The notes under the pieces: model-generated
Told to the model about the DNA's origin: nothing
Database searches by the model: none
Seen by the model: only the letters and a program-made list of their open reading frames with translations
IMG/VR virus record: IMGVR_UViG_3300042891_001180
DNA: 64,000 nt
Reading direction: 5' to 3' (one strand)
Source: a virus
Position numbers and translations under genes: made by a program
Part shown: one piece after another, positions 47,464-56,238 of the stretch
How the letters are laid out: every line of letters begins with the position of its first letter
Position numbering within the stretch: the first letter of the stretch is position 1

Positions 47464-47934
47464 ACTAACTCCAAGTTATTTTACTTTGTGCCCAGCAGCC
47501 TCAACGTCCGCAGGGTGAGCGTAGAAATGTGTCGCATTCTTTTTTAACGTATCTTGAGTTGAAGGACTACGATCGCTCGATTTATTACTGCCCTTAAAAG
47601 TACCCATAGAGCTGGAAGTGTTACCCTTGCTTCCCCCTGATCGAGCTTGCAGTTGATCTAGTGTTTCTCTCTTGCCTCTATACCGTGTACGTACACCAGG
47701 ATACTGTTTCTTGAACTCTGCATGATGTTCGATTGGCATCTTGTTCATAGGATGCTTTTTACCACCAAGAGTAATGGTAGTGTTTTTTGCATCCATAGCT
47801 TCAAAAATCATATCTTTTATGAACTGTAATTCCTCATCATCAGCTTCATTGAGCGGGCTTGTAGATGTACCTCGTGATAGAAATTCTACTGCTGACTCGA
47901 TAAGATTTGTTTTCTTTTGTTCCATACTAACTCC
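47446..47934 (-). repeat. 27 bp direct repeat (47446-47472 and 47908-47934) covering RBS and first codons of two tandem genes
   Basis: Identical tgttttcttttgttccatactaactcc; similarity continues over about 20 codons. Confidence 0.9.
47476..47925 (-). CDS. Putative internal head protein A
   Basis: MEQKKTNLIESAVEFLSRGTS...LNE leader; TATAAATA at 47959-47952. Confidence 0.7.
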   Translation of the reverse strand: MEQKKTNLIESAVEFLSRGTSTSPLNEADDEELQFIKDMIFEAMDAKNTTITLGGKKHPMNKMPIEHHAEFKKQYPGVRTRYRGKRETLDQLQARSGGSKGNTSSSMGTFKGSNKSSDRSPSTQDTLKKNATHFYAHPADVEAAGHKVK

Positions 47935-47964
47935 GATTGAATATTATGGATTATTTATATAGAA

Positions 47965-48162
47965 TTAGATCTTTAAGTAGTGATTAATGATCTTATCTTT
48001 AATCATATCAGGAATACTAAGATATGGCCATTGCAATTCGAACGGGCAACCTGGGCTATCCCATTTTCGATTAACTACAAAGTTACGATATTGATCGATA
48101 TGCTTCTTATCGTCAGGGCTAAATCGAACGCGTTGACGTTGTACTTGTGCTAGAACATTCAT
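47965..48162 (-). CDS. Hypothetical protein
   Basis: W..GCPFELQWPYLSIPDMIK. Confidence 0.7.
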   Translation of the reverse strand: MNVLAQVQRQRVRFSPDDKKHIDQYRNFVVNRKWDSPGCPFELQWPYLSIPDMIKDKIINHYLKI

Positions 48163-48461
48163 TCCTTAGTCTCCTTATCATAATTAACCACGTGAATCAA
48201 CTTCTCACCCATCCAGGGCGAACCGGTTTCGGCTTGAAAAGAGGTACCATCACCATGGTCTTCTTCTATAGCTTTATTCATCCTACGAAACTCTTCATAG
48301 GTAATTTCTTTAGTAGTTAGAATACGTTCACCTAAATTCATCTGACTGAACTGCTCGGCTTGATTCATGGTAACAGTATCACCGGCATGTTCGGCTTCTT
48401 TACATTCGATAACGTATCTGATACGAAACATCTGAATAGCATCTACAACAAATAAAGGCAT
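48159..48461 (-). CDS. Hypothetical protein
   Basis: GGAG RBS; FRIRYVIE...A.DTVT...FSQ..LGE. Confidence 0.7.
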   Translation of the reverse strand: MPLFVVDAIQMFRIRYVIECKEAEHAGDTVTMNQAEQFSQMNLGERILTTKEITYEEFRRMNKAIEEDHGDGTSFQAETGSPWMGEKLIHVVNYDKETKE

Positions 48462-48531
48462 AACGACTCCATAATAAATTAATGCCGGTTACGATATCCG
48501 GCGTCCCTTAGGAGAGACCGTTCAAGTCACA

Positions 48532-48780
48532 TCAGTTGAAAACTGTGCTACCCATTGCAGCGTAAGCGGCTGCTACCATCGCGCGTGATGGACGACCCAG
48601 GCGATAGGCCGTTTTTCCATTCTTAGCAGTATTGCTATAGATGGAATAACCCTGAGCGCGGAGCTCAGTGATTCGTGCTGCAACTGAGCCTTCAGTTGAG
48701 CGGAACAAACCAGCCATTTGACCGGCGGTAAATTGTTTACCAGACTGAAGAGTCTTAAGTACAGAAGTTTGCAATGACAT
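48532..48780 (-). CDS. Winged helix-turn-helix DNA-binding protein
   Basis: LQSGKQFTAGQM...VAARITELRAQGYSIY...YRLGRPSR. Confidence 0.75.
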   Translation of the reverse strand: MSLQTSVLKTLQSGKQFTAGQMAGLFRSTEGSVAARITELRAQGYSIYSNTAKNGKTAYRLGRPSRAMVAAAYAAMGSTVFN

Positions 48781-48812
48781 AATATTTCCTTAATATAGAA
48801 ATGCCCCACCAT

Positions 48813-48850
48813 AAAAAAAGTTACGAGAGCGGTGGTCTCTCTCTCGTAAC
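48813..48850 (-). terminator. Intrinsic terminator
   Basis: GTTACGAGAG...CTCTCGTAAC followed by T7. Confidence 0.8.
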
Positions 48851-48856
48851 AGAGAA

Positions 48857-49195
48857 TCAAGCTTCAGCTAGTTCTTTGATTGATTCAAGCTCTAGATCAA
48901 CTACTTCCTCTTTCACAGCCTTAATTATAGGCTGTTTCACAGTTTTCGTCAACTCTTTCTTTCCCAGAATCTCGATAATATCTGATGCATAAGCAACAAA
49001 CTGATCTTGATCCAACAGAAACTGGCACGCTTCTGGTTTGGTCATGGGCTTAGGAAGCTCAATCAAATCGATATCAGTATCGCCCTGCTTTTGCAAGTTC
49101 TTAATTCGAAGAACCTTATCAGAACAGAAACGAACCTTAATCACCCCGTTGTTACGGGAAACACCTGCTACTGTAAACATATCAATGCCTTTCAT
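48857..49195 (-). CDS. Hypothetical protein
   Basis: FTVAGVS..G..KVRF...RIKNL.K.G.TDIDLIELP..MTK; start may be 49180. Confidence 0.7.
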   Translation of the reverse strand: MKGIDMFTVAGVSRNNGVIKVRFCSDKVLRIKNLQKQGDTDIDLIELPKPMTKPEACQFLLDQDQFVAYASDIIEILGKKELTKTVKQPIIKAVKEEVVDLELESIKELAEA

Positions 49196-49211
49196 AATAT
49201 AAAAAATACTA

Positions 49212-49469
49212 TCAAACGCCCAGGCCTTGACCTGCCATCAGATAGTTGGTTACCTTGGTAACCATAACATCCTTAGACGTTGCTCGCTCTAACTCGTAGA
49301 TGAACTTATCTTTGGTTGTACGTTTACCAGAGGACTGCTCAATCAGTTCCTTACAGATTACTCGAAAGCTTTCCAAAGTCGCCGAATGATATTGACTAAA
49401 CAAAAATATCATACCCTCACCACCCACCATATCTTGCTTAACCCGTGCTCGTGAATTAGTTTGAGTCAT
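49212..49469 (-). CDS. Hypothetical early protein
   Basis: AAGGA RBS; sigma70-type promoter upstream. Confidence 0.65.
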   Translation of the reverse strand: MTQTNSRARVKQDMVGGEGMIFLFSQYHSATLESFRVICKELIEQSSGKRTTKDKFIYELERATSKDVMVTKVTNYLMAGQGLGV

Positions 49470-49494
49470 AATGTATTCCTTTTAAACATATGTT

Positions 49495-49523
49495 ATTATA
49501 ACCTATTTCAGGGTTACTGGCAA
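49495..49523 (-). promoter_or_regulatory. Sigma70-type early promoter TTGCCA-N17-TATAAT
   Basis: Near-consensus hexamers with 17 nt spacer. Confidence 0.8.
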
Positions 49524-49547
49524 CTTTTGGATGGTCGTTACGTCCAT

Positions 49548-49571
49548 AAAAAAAGAGCCTTATGGCTCTTC
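49548..49571 (-). terminator. Intrinsic terminator
   Basis: AAGAGCC-ataa-GGCTCTT-TTTTT. Confidence 0.8.
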
Positions 49572-49730
49572 TTTCTCTAGTTCCTCTACATCTAGTAGAC
49601 CCCTATCTATTAATTCTGTTACGGTTTCCTCAATACCCTCGTATCTCCCCTTCCAGTAACAGGCGTAACAGGCCGCAAGCATGAGGGCGATCTGAATTAC
49701 ATCTCCCACACTGAGCAGTGCATCGTTCAT
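49560..49730 (-). CDS. Small membrane protein (56 aa, not in ORF track)
   Basis: MNDALLSVGDVIQIALMLAACYACYWKGRYEGIEETVTELIDRGLLDVEELEKEEP. Confidence 0.65.
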   Translation of the reverse strand: MNDALLSVGDVIQIALMLAACYACYWKGRYEGIEETVTELIDRGLLDVEELEKEEP

Positions 49731-49744
49731 TTAAACCTTTCCGA

Positions 49745-50386
49745 TTATACAGTAACATAAGGCATCCATTGAAAGGTTTTCTTTAGAAGCCTCTTCTTTA
49801 TTCTTGACCAATCATCTCCTTTGTATATCTTTTTATAATAGTTATAAGACCAGAGTTTCTTTCTTTTATCAATGGTTCTTAAAATTTCGTAAGGATCTTT
49901 TTTAGGATAGCAGAACTTAATTTCCATAGCAATATCGTGACCGTAGGCATCTATCTCATCGATGTCCGCAAGGTACTCTTTTTCTTCTGATATTGAACCT
50001 GTTAAGTTACGGAAATCGATTGCACAGGGTTCACCATCTGTCTCCCTATTCTGCCACTGTAACTCATGAATTGTTTCGTGCTGACAAACCTGGGACACTG
50101 CAAATTTAAACTCTCTCCAATTTTCATTGGTAATAGAGTAATGCTTTTGTTCTTTAGGAAAATTAAGTATGATATATTTAACATCTTCTTCCATGTCGTA
50201 AAGACCGGAGACAGATAGATCATCAGGACCGTAATCATCGAATGTTTCGAATCTAAACTTAAACGGTATGCTAGCTCTTTTATAGCCGCGCGTTAAAGTT
50301 CCGGCAATCTGGTAATAAGTAGGACGTCCTAAAAGCTTAGATTTCTTATCTTCTAAAACTTGATCTATGACTGGCGCAAGATACAT
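49745..50386 (-). CDS. HExxH zincin-like protein
   Basis: CQHETIHELQ...YLADIDEIDAYGHDIA; GGAGG RBS; TATAAATA at 50411-50404. Confidence 0.6.
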   Translation of the reverse strand: MYLAPVIDQVLEDKKSKLLGRPTYYQIAGTLTRGYKRASIPFKFRFETFDDYGPDDLSVSGLYDMEEDVKYIILNFPKEQKHYSITNENWREFKFAVSQVCQHETIHELQWQNRETDGEPCAIDFRNLTGSISEEKEYLADIDEIDAYGHDIAMEIKFCYPKKDPYEILRTIDKRKKLWSYNYYKKIYKGDDWSRIKKRLLKKTFQWMPYVTV

Positions 50387-50406
50387 AGGACCTCCTTTTA
50401 ATTTAT

Positions 50407-51801
50407 TTATACCTTTATGCCGGAGAAATCCTTTGTCTTAAACATTTTAGACATACCAAAGTTGCTGTTCTCGTTCTCATCTTGACCGGAATCAGCTAAG
50501 TTACTTTGAGCAATATCCTCTAAGTCATACAGTCGCATCTTCGCACGATCAATACCAATCATAAACCGCTTATATAATGTTGGATCATTATACCGGTTTT
50601 TTAACTGCTTGACCATGATCTGATTGAGACCTTCGAGCTCTTCTGTACTTATTAAGGCAAACATAAAATCTGCCGTGGCGGGTAAACCGAAGGATTCGGA
50701 CGTATCGGTCAGCTCCACATCTGTATTCGAGAACCCCGAACGCGTAGTTTGTGTAGCGGAGACGATAGGTAAATTAAATTCTACAGCTAGACCTCTCAAC
50801 TCTTCAGCAATGGCTTTGATATATGTATAAGAATTGACACCGCCACCGGGCTTGAATCTAGAGGATGCGCAGATGTTCAAGTAATCGATAAAAATAACAT
50901 CTGGCTTAAATGAACGTTTTAGCGATAATTCGTTCAATAAACCCTTAAAGTGACCAACGTGAGCAGAAGCGGTAGGGTATTCTTTGATAATTAACTTACC
51001 ATGAGACTTACCGTTAATCTTACTGATTCTACCTTCGAACATCTGCTTAGGCAAGTTCTTTAACTGATCGATTTCAACGTTTAGTAAGTTAGCATCAACA
51101 CGCTCGGCAATCCTCTCCTCCGCCATCTCCATCGTAATATAGAGAACGTTCTTTCCTAGAGCAAGATTCGCAGCAGCCATGTGACACATGAAAAGAGACT
51201 TACCCACACCAGTACCAGCCAGAGCAATATTAAGCGTCTTGTTTGGTAGGCCTCCATTTGTGATTTTATTGAATAACGAAAGATCAAACGGAAGGCGAGA
51301 CTCCACCCGATTATAAAAATCAAACCGATCAGAAGAATCTTCGAAATAATCGTGACCCACGGAAGAATCAAAGCAGACACCTAGCGCCTCCTGTAACAGT
51401 GATGGTATGCCATCTTTACTAAAGTTTTTATCTCTACCTTCCATGATACCAATCGATTGAAGAATGGCATTATAAACGGCTTTATCTTTACAAAACTTTT
51501 CAGTCTCATCCAACAGCCAATCTTGATTCGGCTTTTCAAATATATCTAACTCTTTTACTAACTCACTCGTCTCTTTAAAAGTACCCTCAGGTAAATTAGA
51601 GTTTTGTAATGTAATACCCAGCGCCTCGGTAGTTGGAGGTTTATTATACTTAACTACAAATTCGCTAATTATCTTATAAACAGTTCTTTCACTCTCATCC
51701 GTAAAGTACTCCGACTTTATAAACGGAAGAACCTTTCGCATGTAGTCTTCATTGTGGACTAGATTCCTTAGAATCGTTGTTTCCAGTCTGCTTGAACTCA
51801 T
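50407..51801 (-). CDS. gp41: Replicative DNA helicase gp41
   Basis: LAGTGVGKSLFMCH, ITMEMAEE, IKEYPT, FIDYLNIC, SATQTTR, SESFGLPATAD, QLKNRY. Confidence 0.97.
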   Translation of the reverse strand: MSSSRLETTILRNLVHNEDYMRKVLPFIKSEYFTDESERTVYKIISEFVVKYNKPPTTEALGITLQNSNLPEGTFKETSELVKELDIFEKPNQDWLLDETEKFCKDKAVYNAILQSIGIMEGRDKNFSKDGIPSLLQEALGVCFDSSVGHDYFEDSSDRFDFYNRVESRLPFDLSLFNKITNGGLPNKTLNIALAGTGVGKSLFMCHMAAANLALGKNVLYITMEMAEERIAERVDANLLNVEIDQLKNLPKQMFEGRISKINGKSHGKLIIKEYPTASAHVGHFKGLLNELSLKRSFKPDVIFIDYLNICASSRFKPGGGVNSYTYIKAIAEELRGLAVEFNLPIVSATQTTRSGFSNTDVELTDTSESFGLPATADFMFALISTEELEGLNQIMVKQLKNRYNDPTLYKRFMIGIDRAKMRLYDLEDIAQSNLADSGQDENENSNFGMSKMFKTKDFSGIKV

Positions 51802-52057
51802 TAATTGCTTCTCTCAAAATATCATTTATAATTACTTCAATCACTGCTTTGAAGGTATCACTCTTTATGTCTTCATTGGTTATTAATTCTGGCTTGTGAA
51901 CTACGTGATAGTCAAGAGCAAGTTCGTTACTACCTTCGTCAGGCCAATCTAATTTTTCAATCTGAACAGTTACACCATTATACTCCCCGTCGATAATTTC
52001 AAAGCCCCAATCCTTTTCACCAACGAACCAAGGTTTAAATAAATCATTCCTCAACAT
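51749..52057 (-). CDS. gp40-like protein (position of the T4 head vertex assembly chaperone); start uncertain
   Basis: Small acidic ORF between uvsX and gp41, as in T4. Confidence 0.5.
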   Translation of the reverse strand: MLRNDLFKPWFVGEKDWGFEIIDGEYNGVTVQIEKLDWPDEGSNELALDYHVVHKPELITNEDIKSDTFKAVIEVIINDILREAINEFKQTGNNDSKESSPQ

Positions 52058-53108
52058 CAGCATACTCCTTGGTAATATCCTCATCACTCAAGATAGCACC
52101 GTTAGCAACTTGATAGGTGGTCTTTACCCATTCCTGGAATGAAGGCGACTGAAGGATAGGTAACCAGAACTCCTTAGTATCGCATTGTGCAGATCTAAAC
52201 TTCTGCTCTTCTACTTCACCGGTATCTTTATTAACGCGAGAATACCAACCGTTAGAAGGTTTAATAACGTGACCGGATTCTAAAGCCATATCCAGTAAAC
52301 CAGACCAACGACTGATACCACCATCGTGACGAACGGTAACAGGGATCTTAGATTTCTCTCTTACATAACGAGACTTCTCAACGTTAATAATAAAGTTATA
52401 ACCTACAACCTCGGTACCGTCTTTTTCCTGCTGACGACCAAGGATAAAGATATTATCAGCGGCATAATAAGAACCAGTACCACCACCTACCACATCTTTA
52501 GCATACAACTCCATTGTCTTGTAAGTATGGTTAACTACAATCATAGGAATATCTTTAAGAGACAGATGTGGAGTAATCATACGGAACAAAGACTTAATCT
52601 GCTTTGCACGTGACATATCGGCTACCGACTTACCTTCTAAAGCATCTTCGACTTCTTTCTTAGATGCCAAGTTACCAATAGAGTCAATAATAATAATCAG
52701 ATGATCACTTCTTTCAACGCCCTCTAACTGAGTCATTACATCGAACTTTAACTGCTCGATATTAGTCAGAGGCGTATGAATAACGCGCTTAGAATCAATA
52801 CCGAAAGAGTCAAAGTATGACTGAGGAGTACCGAACTCAGAATCATAAAAGAGTAAAGCCGCATCGGGATACTTATCCAGATACGACTTCGCCATCAACA
52901 AAGAGAAAGCAGTCTTAAAGTGCTTCGAAGGTCCAGCCCACATCGTTAAACCAGGCGTTAGACCTCCGTCTAATTTACCTGACAATGCAATATTAATTGC
53001 AGGAATAGAAGTAGGAATCATATCCTTCTTCTGAAAGAATTTCGAATCGGCTAGAATAGCCGTATCCTTAATCGTAGAGTTCTTCTTAATTTTATCAAGT
53101 ATAGACAT
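52044..53108 (-). CDS. uvsX: RecA-like recombinase UvsX
   Basis: NIALSG..DGGL, AGPSKHFKT, FYDSEFG, IDSIGNLASKKE, DMSRAK, VNHTY, GGGTG. Confidence 0.97.
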   Translation of the reverse strand: MSILDKIKKNSTIKDTAILADSKFFQKKDMIPTSIPAINIALSGKLDGGLTPGLTMWAGPSKHFKTAFSLLMAKSYLDKYPDAALLFYDSEFGTPQSYFDSFGIDSKRVIHTPLTNIEQLKFDVMTQLEGVERSDHLIIIIDSIGNLASKKEVEDALEGKSVADMSRAKQIKSLFRMITPHLSLKDIPMIVVNHTYKTMELYAKDVVGGGTGSYYAADNIFILGRQQEKDGTEVVGYNFIINVEKSRYVREKSKIPVTVRHDGGISRWSGLLDMALESGHVIKPSNGWYSRVNKDTGEVEEQKFRSAQCDTKEFWLPILQSPSFQEWVKTTYQVANGAILSDEDITKEYADVEE

Positions 53109-53132
53109 AGTGTAGTTCCTTATAGATCACTT

Positions 53133-53161
53133 ATTATAATATAGATCAGACGTAATATCAA
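53133..53161 (-). promoter_or_regulatory. Sigma70-type promoter TTGATA-N17-TATAAT for uvsX
   Basis: Near-consensus hexamers with 17 nt spacer. Confidence 0.8.
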
Positions 53162-53165
53162 TCGA

Positions 53166-53606
53166 TTACTGGCACCAGCTTTGCTTAGCGTCACCGTAAT
53201 ATTCACGTGCTAACCCGTTTTGAATTAGTCCTGCCCGAACACTCTGACCGTTAACTAAGATATCTCCAAGTACCCTACCACCAAATTTGTCCCATGCGTA
53301 CAATGTAACTTGTATCTTACCGCCTTGGGCGATTAACTGAGAAGTCCATTTACTGGCTAACTGTGCTCTTTGATCTTCTTGTGGACACTGTGCTCTATGT
53401 CCTTTTTCTGGTGTATCTACTCCGAAGATACGAACTGCTAGTTCTGGTTTAAGTGGAGCAGGCAAGAACGGTGCTGCAATAACAATAGTATCACCATCAC
53501 TTACACGTAAAACTTGTGTATCATAGGTAGCTGAGTTCTTGGGCATCTTTTGAGCAAATGCCTGGGTAACTAATAGCAGCGAGAGAATTGCAATATACTT
53601 TTTCAT
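53166..53606 (-). CDS. Thermonuclease (SNase) with signal peptide
   Basis: RVSDGDTI, VRIFGVDTPE, DKFGGRVLG, LIQNGLAREY; signal MKKYIAILSLLLVTQAFA. Confidence 0.9.
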   Translation of the reverse strand: MKKYIAILSLLLVTQAFAQKMPKNSATYDTQVLRVSDGDTIVIAAPFLPAPLKPELAVRIFGVDTPEKGHRAQCPQEDQRAQLASKWTSQLIAQGGKIQVTLYAWDKFGGRVLGDILVNGQSVRAGLIQNGLAREYYGDAKQSWCQ

Positions 53607-56113
53607 CCGAATAATCCTTCTAGAGATGCGGTTTCTTTAACTTGCCAGCCAATACAGCTGAGTAAAGAGTTAAGGGGTTCGAGAAAAGACTTCTCAAACA
53701 TTTTATCATAATCAATATACTCACGTATTTTAAATTCAGGAGGAACTTCACCTGCAAATGTAATGACGTGAGTACCAAGGGGATTAGGTTCACGAAGATA
53801 CAAGAACTTAATCTTATCACCCTCTTGAATCAGTTGATACTTCTTCTCCAGTCCCTTACTTGCGACCAGATGATTATATATCAACGCCCCTCTCACATGA
53901 ATAGGGGTACCCTTCCTAAAGATACCATTTGAGTCAGCATACTCCTTGATACCGTTCACACCTCGAGGGAATGCAATATCTTCAGGATCCAAGCTATGCC
54001 ACTTCACCTCTAAGTCAGCTACAAATTGCCTTAACGTCATTTCGTCTTTAGTAAGTGCAATCGATACAGCTTCCTTAAGCGCCTTACGAACCGGAGCAGG
54101 AGTAGAAGACCGAACAATCTCCATACCCAGCACTTTTAGTTTAGGGGGATCGTATGCAACACCTTCAGAGTTATAAACATTTACAGCATACCGTTTCTTA
54201 GCAATCCAGATGCCCCTATCGGCAATAATCTCACGCTTGAACTTAATCTTACGCTGGTAGATATTTAAATAATCCGAGAGAGACTCGCAAGCATCATTAA
54301 TCGTCGGTTCAATCTGAGTTGTACAATACTTGTCGAGGACGTCGACGATTGTATGCTTGTCTTTGTCTTTAAGATTCTTTTCAACAAGAGCACCAAGAGT
54401 AATATAGGTAGAATCGGTATCAGAGTAAAAAGAATAATCAACATCCTTTGTTCCCACTTCCTTATTAACAAACTCGTTTAGTTTTTTAGCCACCGAGCGT
54501 ATCAGTAGCTGACCGGTCATCGTAATACCTTCAGCAATTCTAATATCATAGAATCTAAAGTGAACGTTACCCATTGCACCGTAAAGAGAGTTCATCAAGA
54601 TCTTAGCAGCCATCTGCTTTGAGTTAAGACTAGATATCAGACCAAGGTACTTCTTGTCTTTAGTCTCCTCGTACTTGCTTTGAGCTGCAAGCATTTCCTT
54701 CTTAGCCACTTGACGAGAAGTAAAATAGAAGTCAATTAACTCCGGGAAGATACCTTTCTTCTTACGAGTAAAACATTGACCATTAGCAGTCATAGACCAA
54801 TCGTTCTTAAGTATCTCAGAAGTATTAACTTCGCCGTCAATTAACCGCTGAATACTTTTCTCGTCATCAGCTAAAAACTTCTGACCGTCTACCAGGGTCT
54901 CCGGTGACATATTCCAAGACATAATAATAGAGGGGTAAAGAGAGGTAGCGTCAAAAGATACTACCCAATCATATTGAGTCGGCTTAGGTTCCTTAACATA
55001 CGCACCCATAATAGTTCGATCCATGGCTGGATCGACACCCGGTGGGTTATGAACGATAATATTATTTCTTAACAGCTTATTATATAGAATACAATCCCAC
55101 GTTCTTACAGAAGAAAAGATATCTGTAAAGTTACACTTAGCATCATATGCCATCGTGAGAATCAGAGTAATGATTCGCATCTTATCTTCAAGACGATCAA
55201 CTAACTCTACGTCTCGAATATTATAGTCTACAAACAGTTCCCAGTCCTTGGTATAGAACTCTTTAAACGTAGCATGCGGGTTCTTTAACTTCTGCTCCCC
55301 CAGCTCCTCCATCGCAACGGTATCTAGTTTATAATTCTCAACCATCTTATAAGAGAACTTTTTATAAAGATCCATAAAGTCAAGAATAGAGATACCACAC
55401 CATTCAAAAGCTAACTGAGTACGACCACGCGCAGTAGGTACTTCATACTGCCTTATATAACCCCAGGGTGAGCATTCGTTTAGAGCTTTCTCACCCAGCA
55501 CTTTCATAATACGAGAAGACAGGTAGGCGATATCGAATAACTGACTATTCCAACCAGTCGTTACATCAGGGTAATCAGACTTATGATGGTTGATGAACTG
55601 ACGTAGAAGATCGAATTCATCTTTACACTGAACATATACCGAATTAGGTTTCTTGCTCAGATAAGGACCACAGCCAAACGTAGTAATTACCTTTGTATTA
55701 AAGTCTTGTACAGAAATAAGTGTAACTTGTTCTTGCGCAGTCCTGGGTTCAGGAAAACCGTATTCAGTTGTTGTCTCAATATCGATAGTTACAATCTTCA
55801 TCAATGAAATATCGAATTCGATAGTATCAGGAAACATCTTACTGATGAACTGATAACCATAACTTCTATTACCGAAGATAGGAAAGTTACTTACTTCTTT
55901 ATATTGATCGACAAAAGCTCGAGCCTCTTTGATCGTACTGAACTTAATCTTTTCAAGATTTTCACCCCACAACGATTTAAATTCTGATGGCTTACCAGAA
56001 CGAACATAAAGGGTAGGTTGGAAGGGAATCTTTTGATTTACGCGTTTTCCGTCTTTAAAGCCACGGAAATGCACGTAATCACCGCGCGTATAGATATTGG
56101 TATAGAAGAGCAT
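53603..56113 (-). CDS. gp43: DNA polymerase family B gp43
   Basis: DIET (ExoI), GWNSQLFD, YNIRDV, FDATSLYPS, KILMNSLYG, YSDTDS, KKRY. Confidence 0.98.
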   Translation of the reverse strand: MLFYTNIYTRGDYVHFRGFKDGKRVNQKIPFQPTLYVRSGKPSEFKSLWGENLEKIKFSTIKEARAFVDQYKEVSNFPIFGNRSYGYQFISKMFPDTIEFDISLMKIVTIDIETTTEYGFPEPRTAQEQVTLISVQDFNTKVITTFGCGPYLSKKPNSVYVQCKDEFDLLRQFINHHKSDYPDVTTGWNSQLFDIAYLSSRIMKVLGEKALNECSPWGYIRQYEVPTARGRTQLAFEWCGISILDFMDLYKKFSYKMVENYKLDTVAMEELGEQKLKNPHATFKEFYTKDWELFVDYNIRDVELVDRLEDKMRIITLILTMAYDAKCNFTDIFSSVRTWDCILYNKLLRNNIIVHNPPGVDPAMDRTIMGAYVKEPKPTQYDWVVSFDATSLYPSIIMSWNMSPETLVDGQKFLADDEKSIQRLIDGEVNTSEILKNDWSMTANGQCFTRKKKGIFPELIDFYFTSRQVAKKEMLAAQSKYEETKDKKYLGLISSLNSKQMAAKILMNSLYGAMGNVHFRFYDIRIAEGITMTGQLLIRSVAKKLNEFVNKEVGTKDVDYSFYSDTDSTYITLGALVEKNLKDKDKHTIVDVLDKYCTTQIEPTINDACESLSDYLNIYQRKIKFKREIIADRGIWIAKKRYAVNVYNSEGVAYDPPKLKVLGMEIVRSSTPAPVRKALKEAVSIALTKDEMTLRQFVADLEVKWHSLDPEDIAFPRGVNGIKEYADSNGIFRKGTPIHVRGALIYNHLVASKGLEKKYQLIQEGDKIKFLYLREPNPLGTHVITFAGEVPPEFKIREYIDYDKMFEKSFLEPLNSLLSCIGWQVKETASLEGLFG

Positions 56114-56119
56114 TTGTCT

Positions 56120-56167
56120 ATTATATATTACCTTGCTAAACGTTGCAAGCTCATTCGGTCATAAATA
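56120..56167. promoter_or_regulatory. Divergent promoters: sigma70-type TTGCAA-N17-TATAAT (-, 56148-56120) for gp43 and late CATAAATA (+, 56160-56167)
   Basis: Motifs in the gap between divergent genes. Confidence 0.7.
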
Positions 56168-56238
56168 ATAACGTAATAATGCCCGTAAATTTGAGTATTA
56201 CCTATATTATGATCGAAAGAAAGAAATAAGGAAAAAAA

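Noticed and set aside
33259-56113. Introns or inteins in nrdA, primase, helicase, uvsX or gp43
   Set aside because: All are continuous ORFs of ordinary or compact length with no insertion evident
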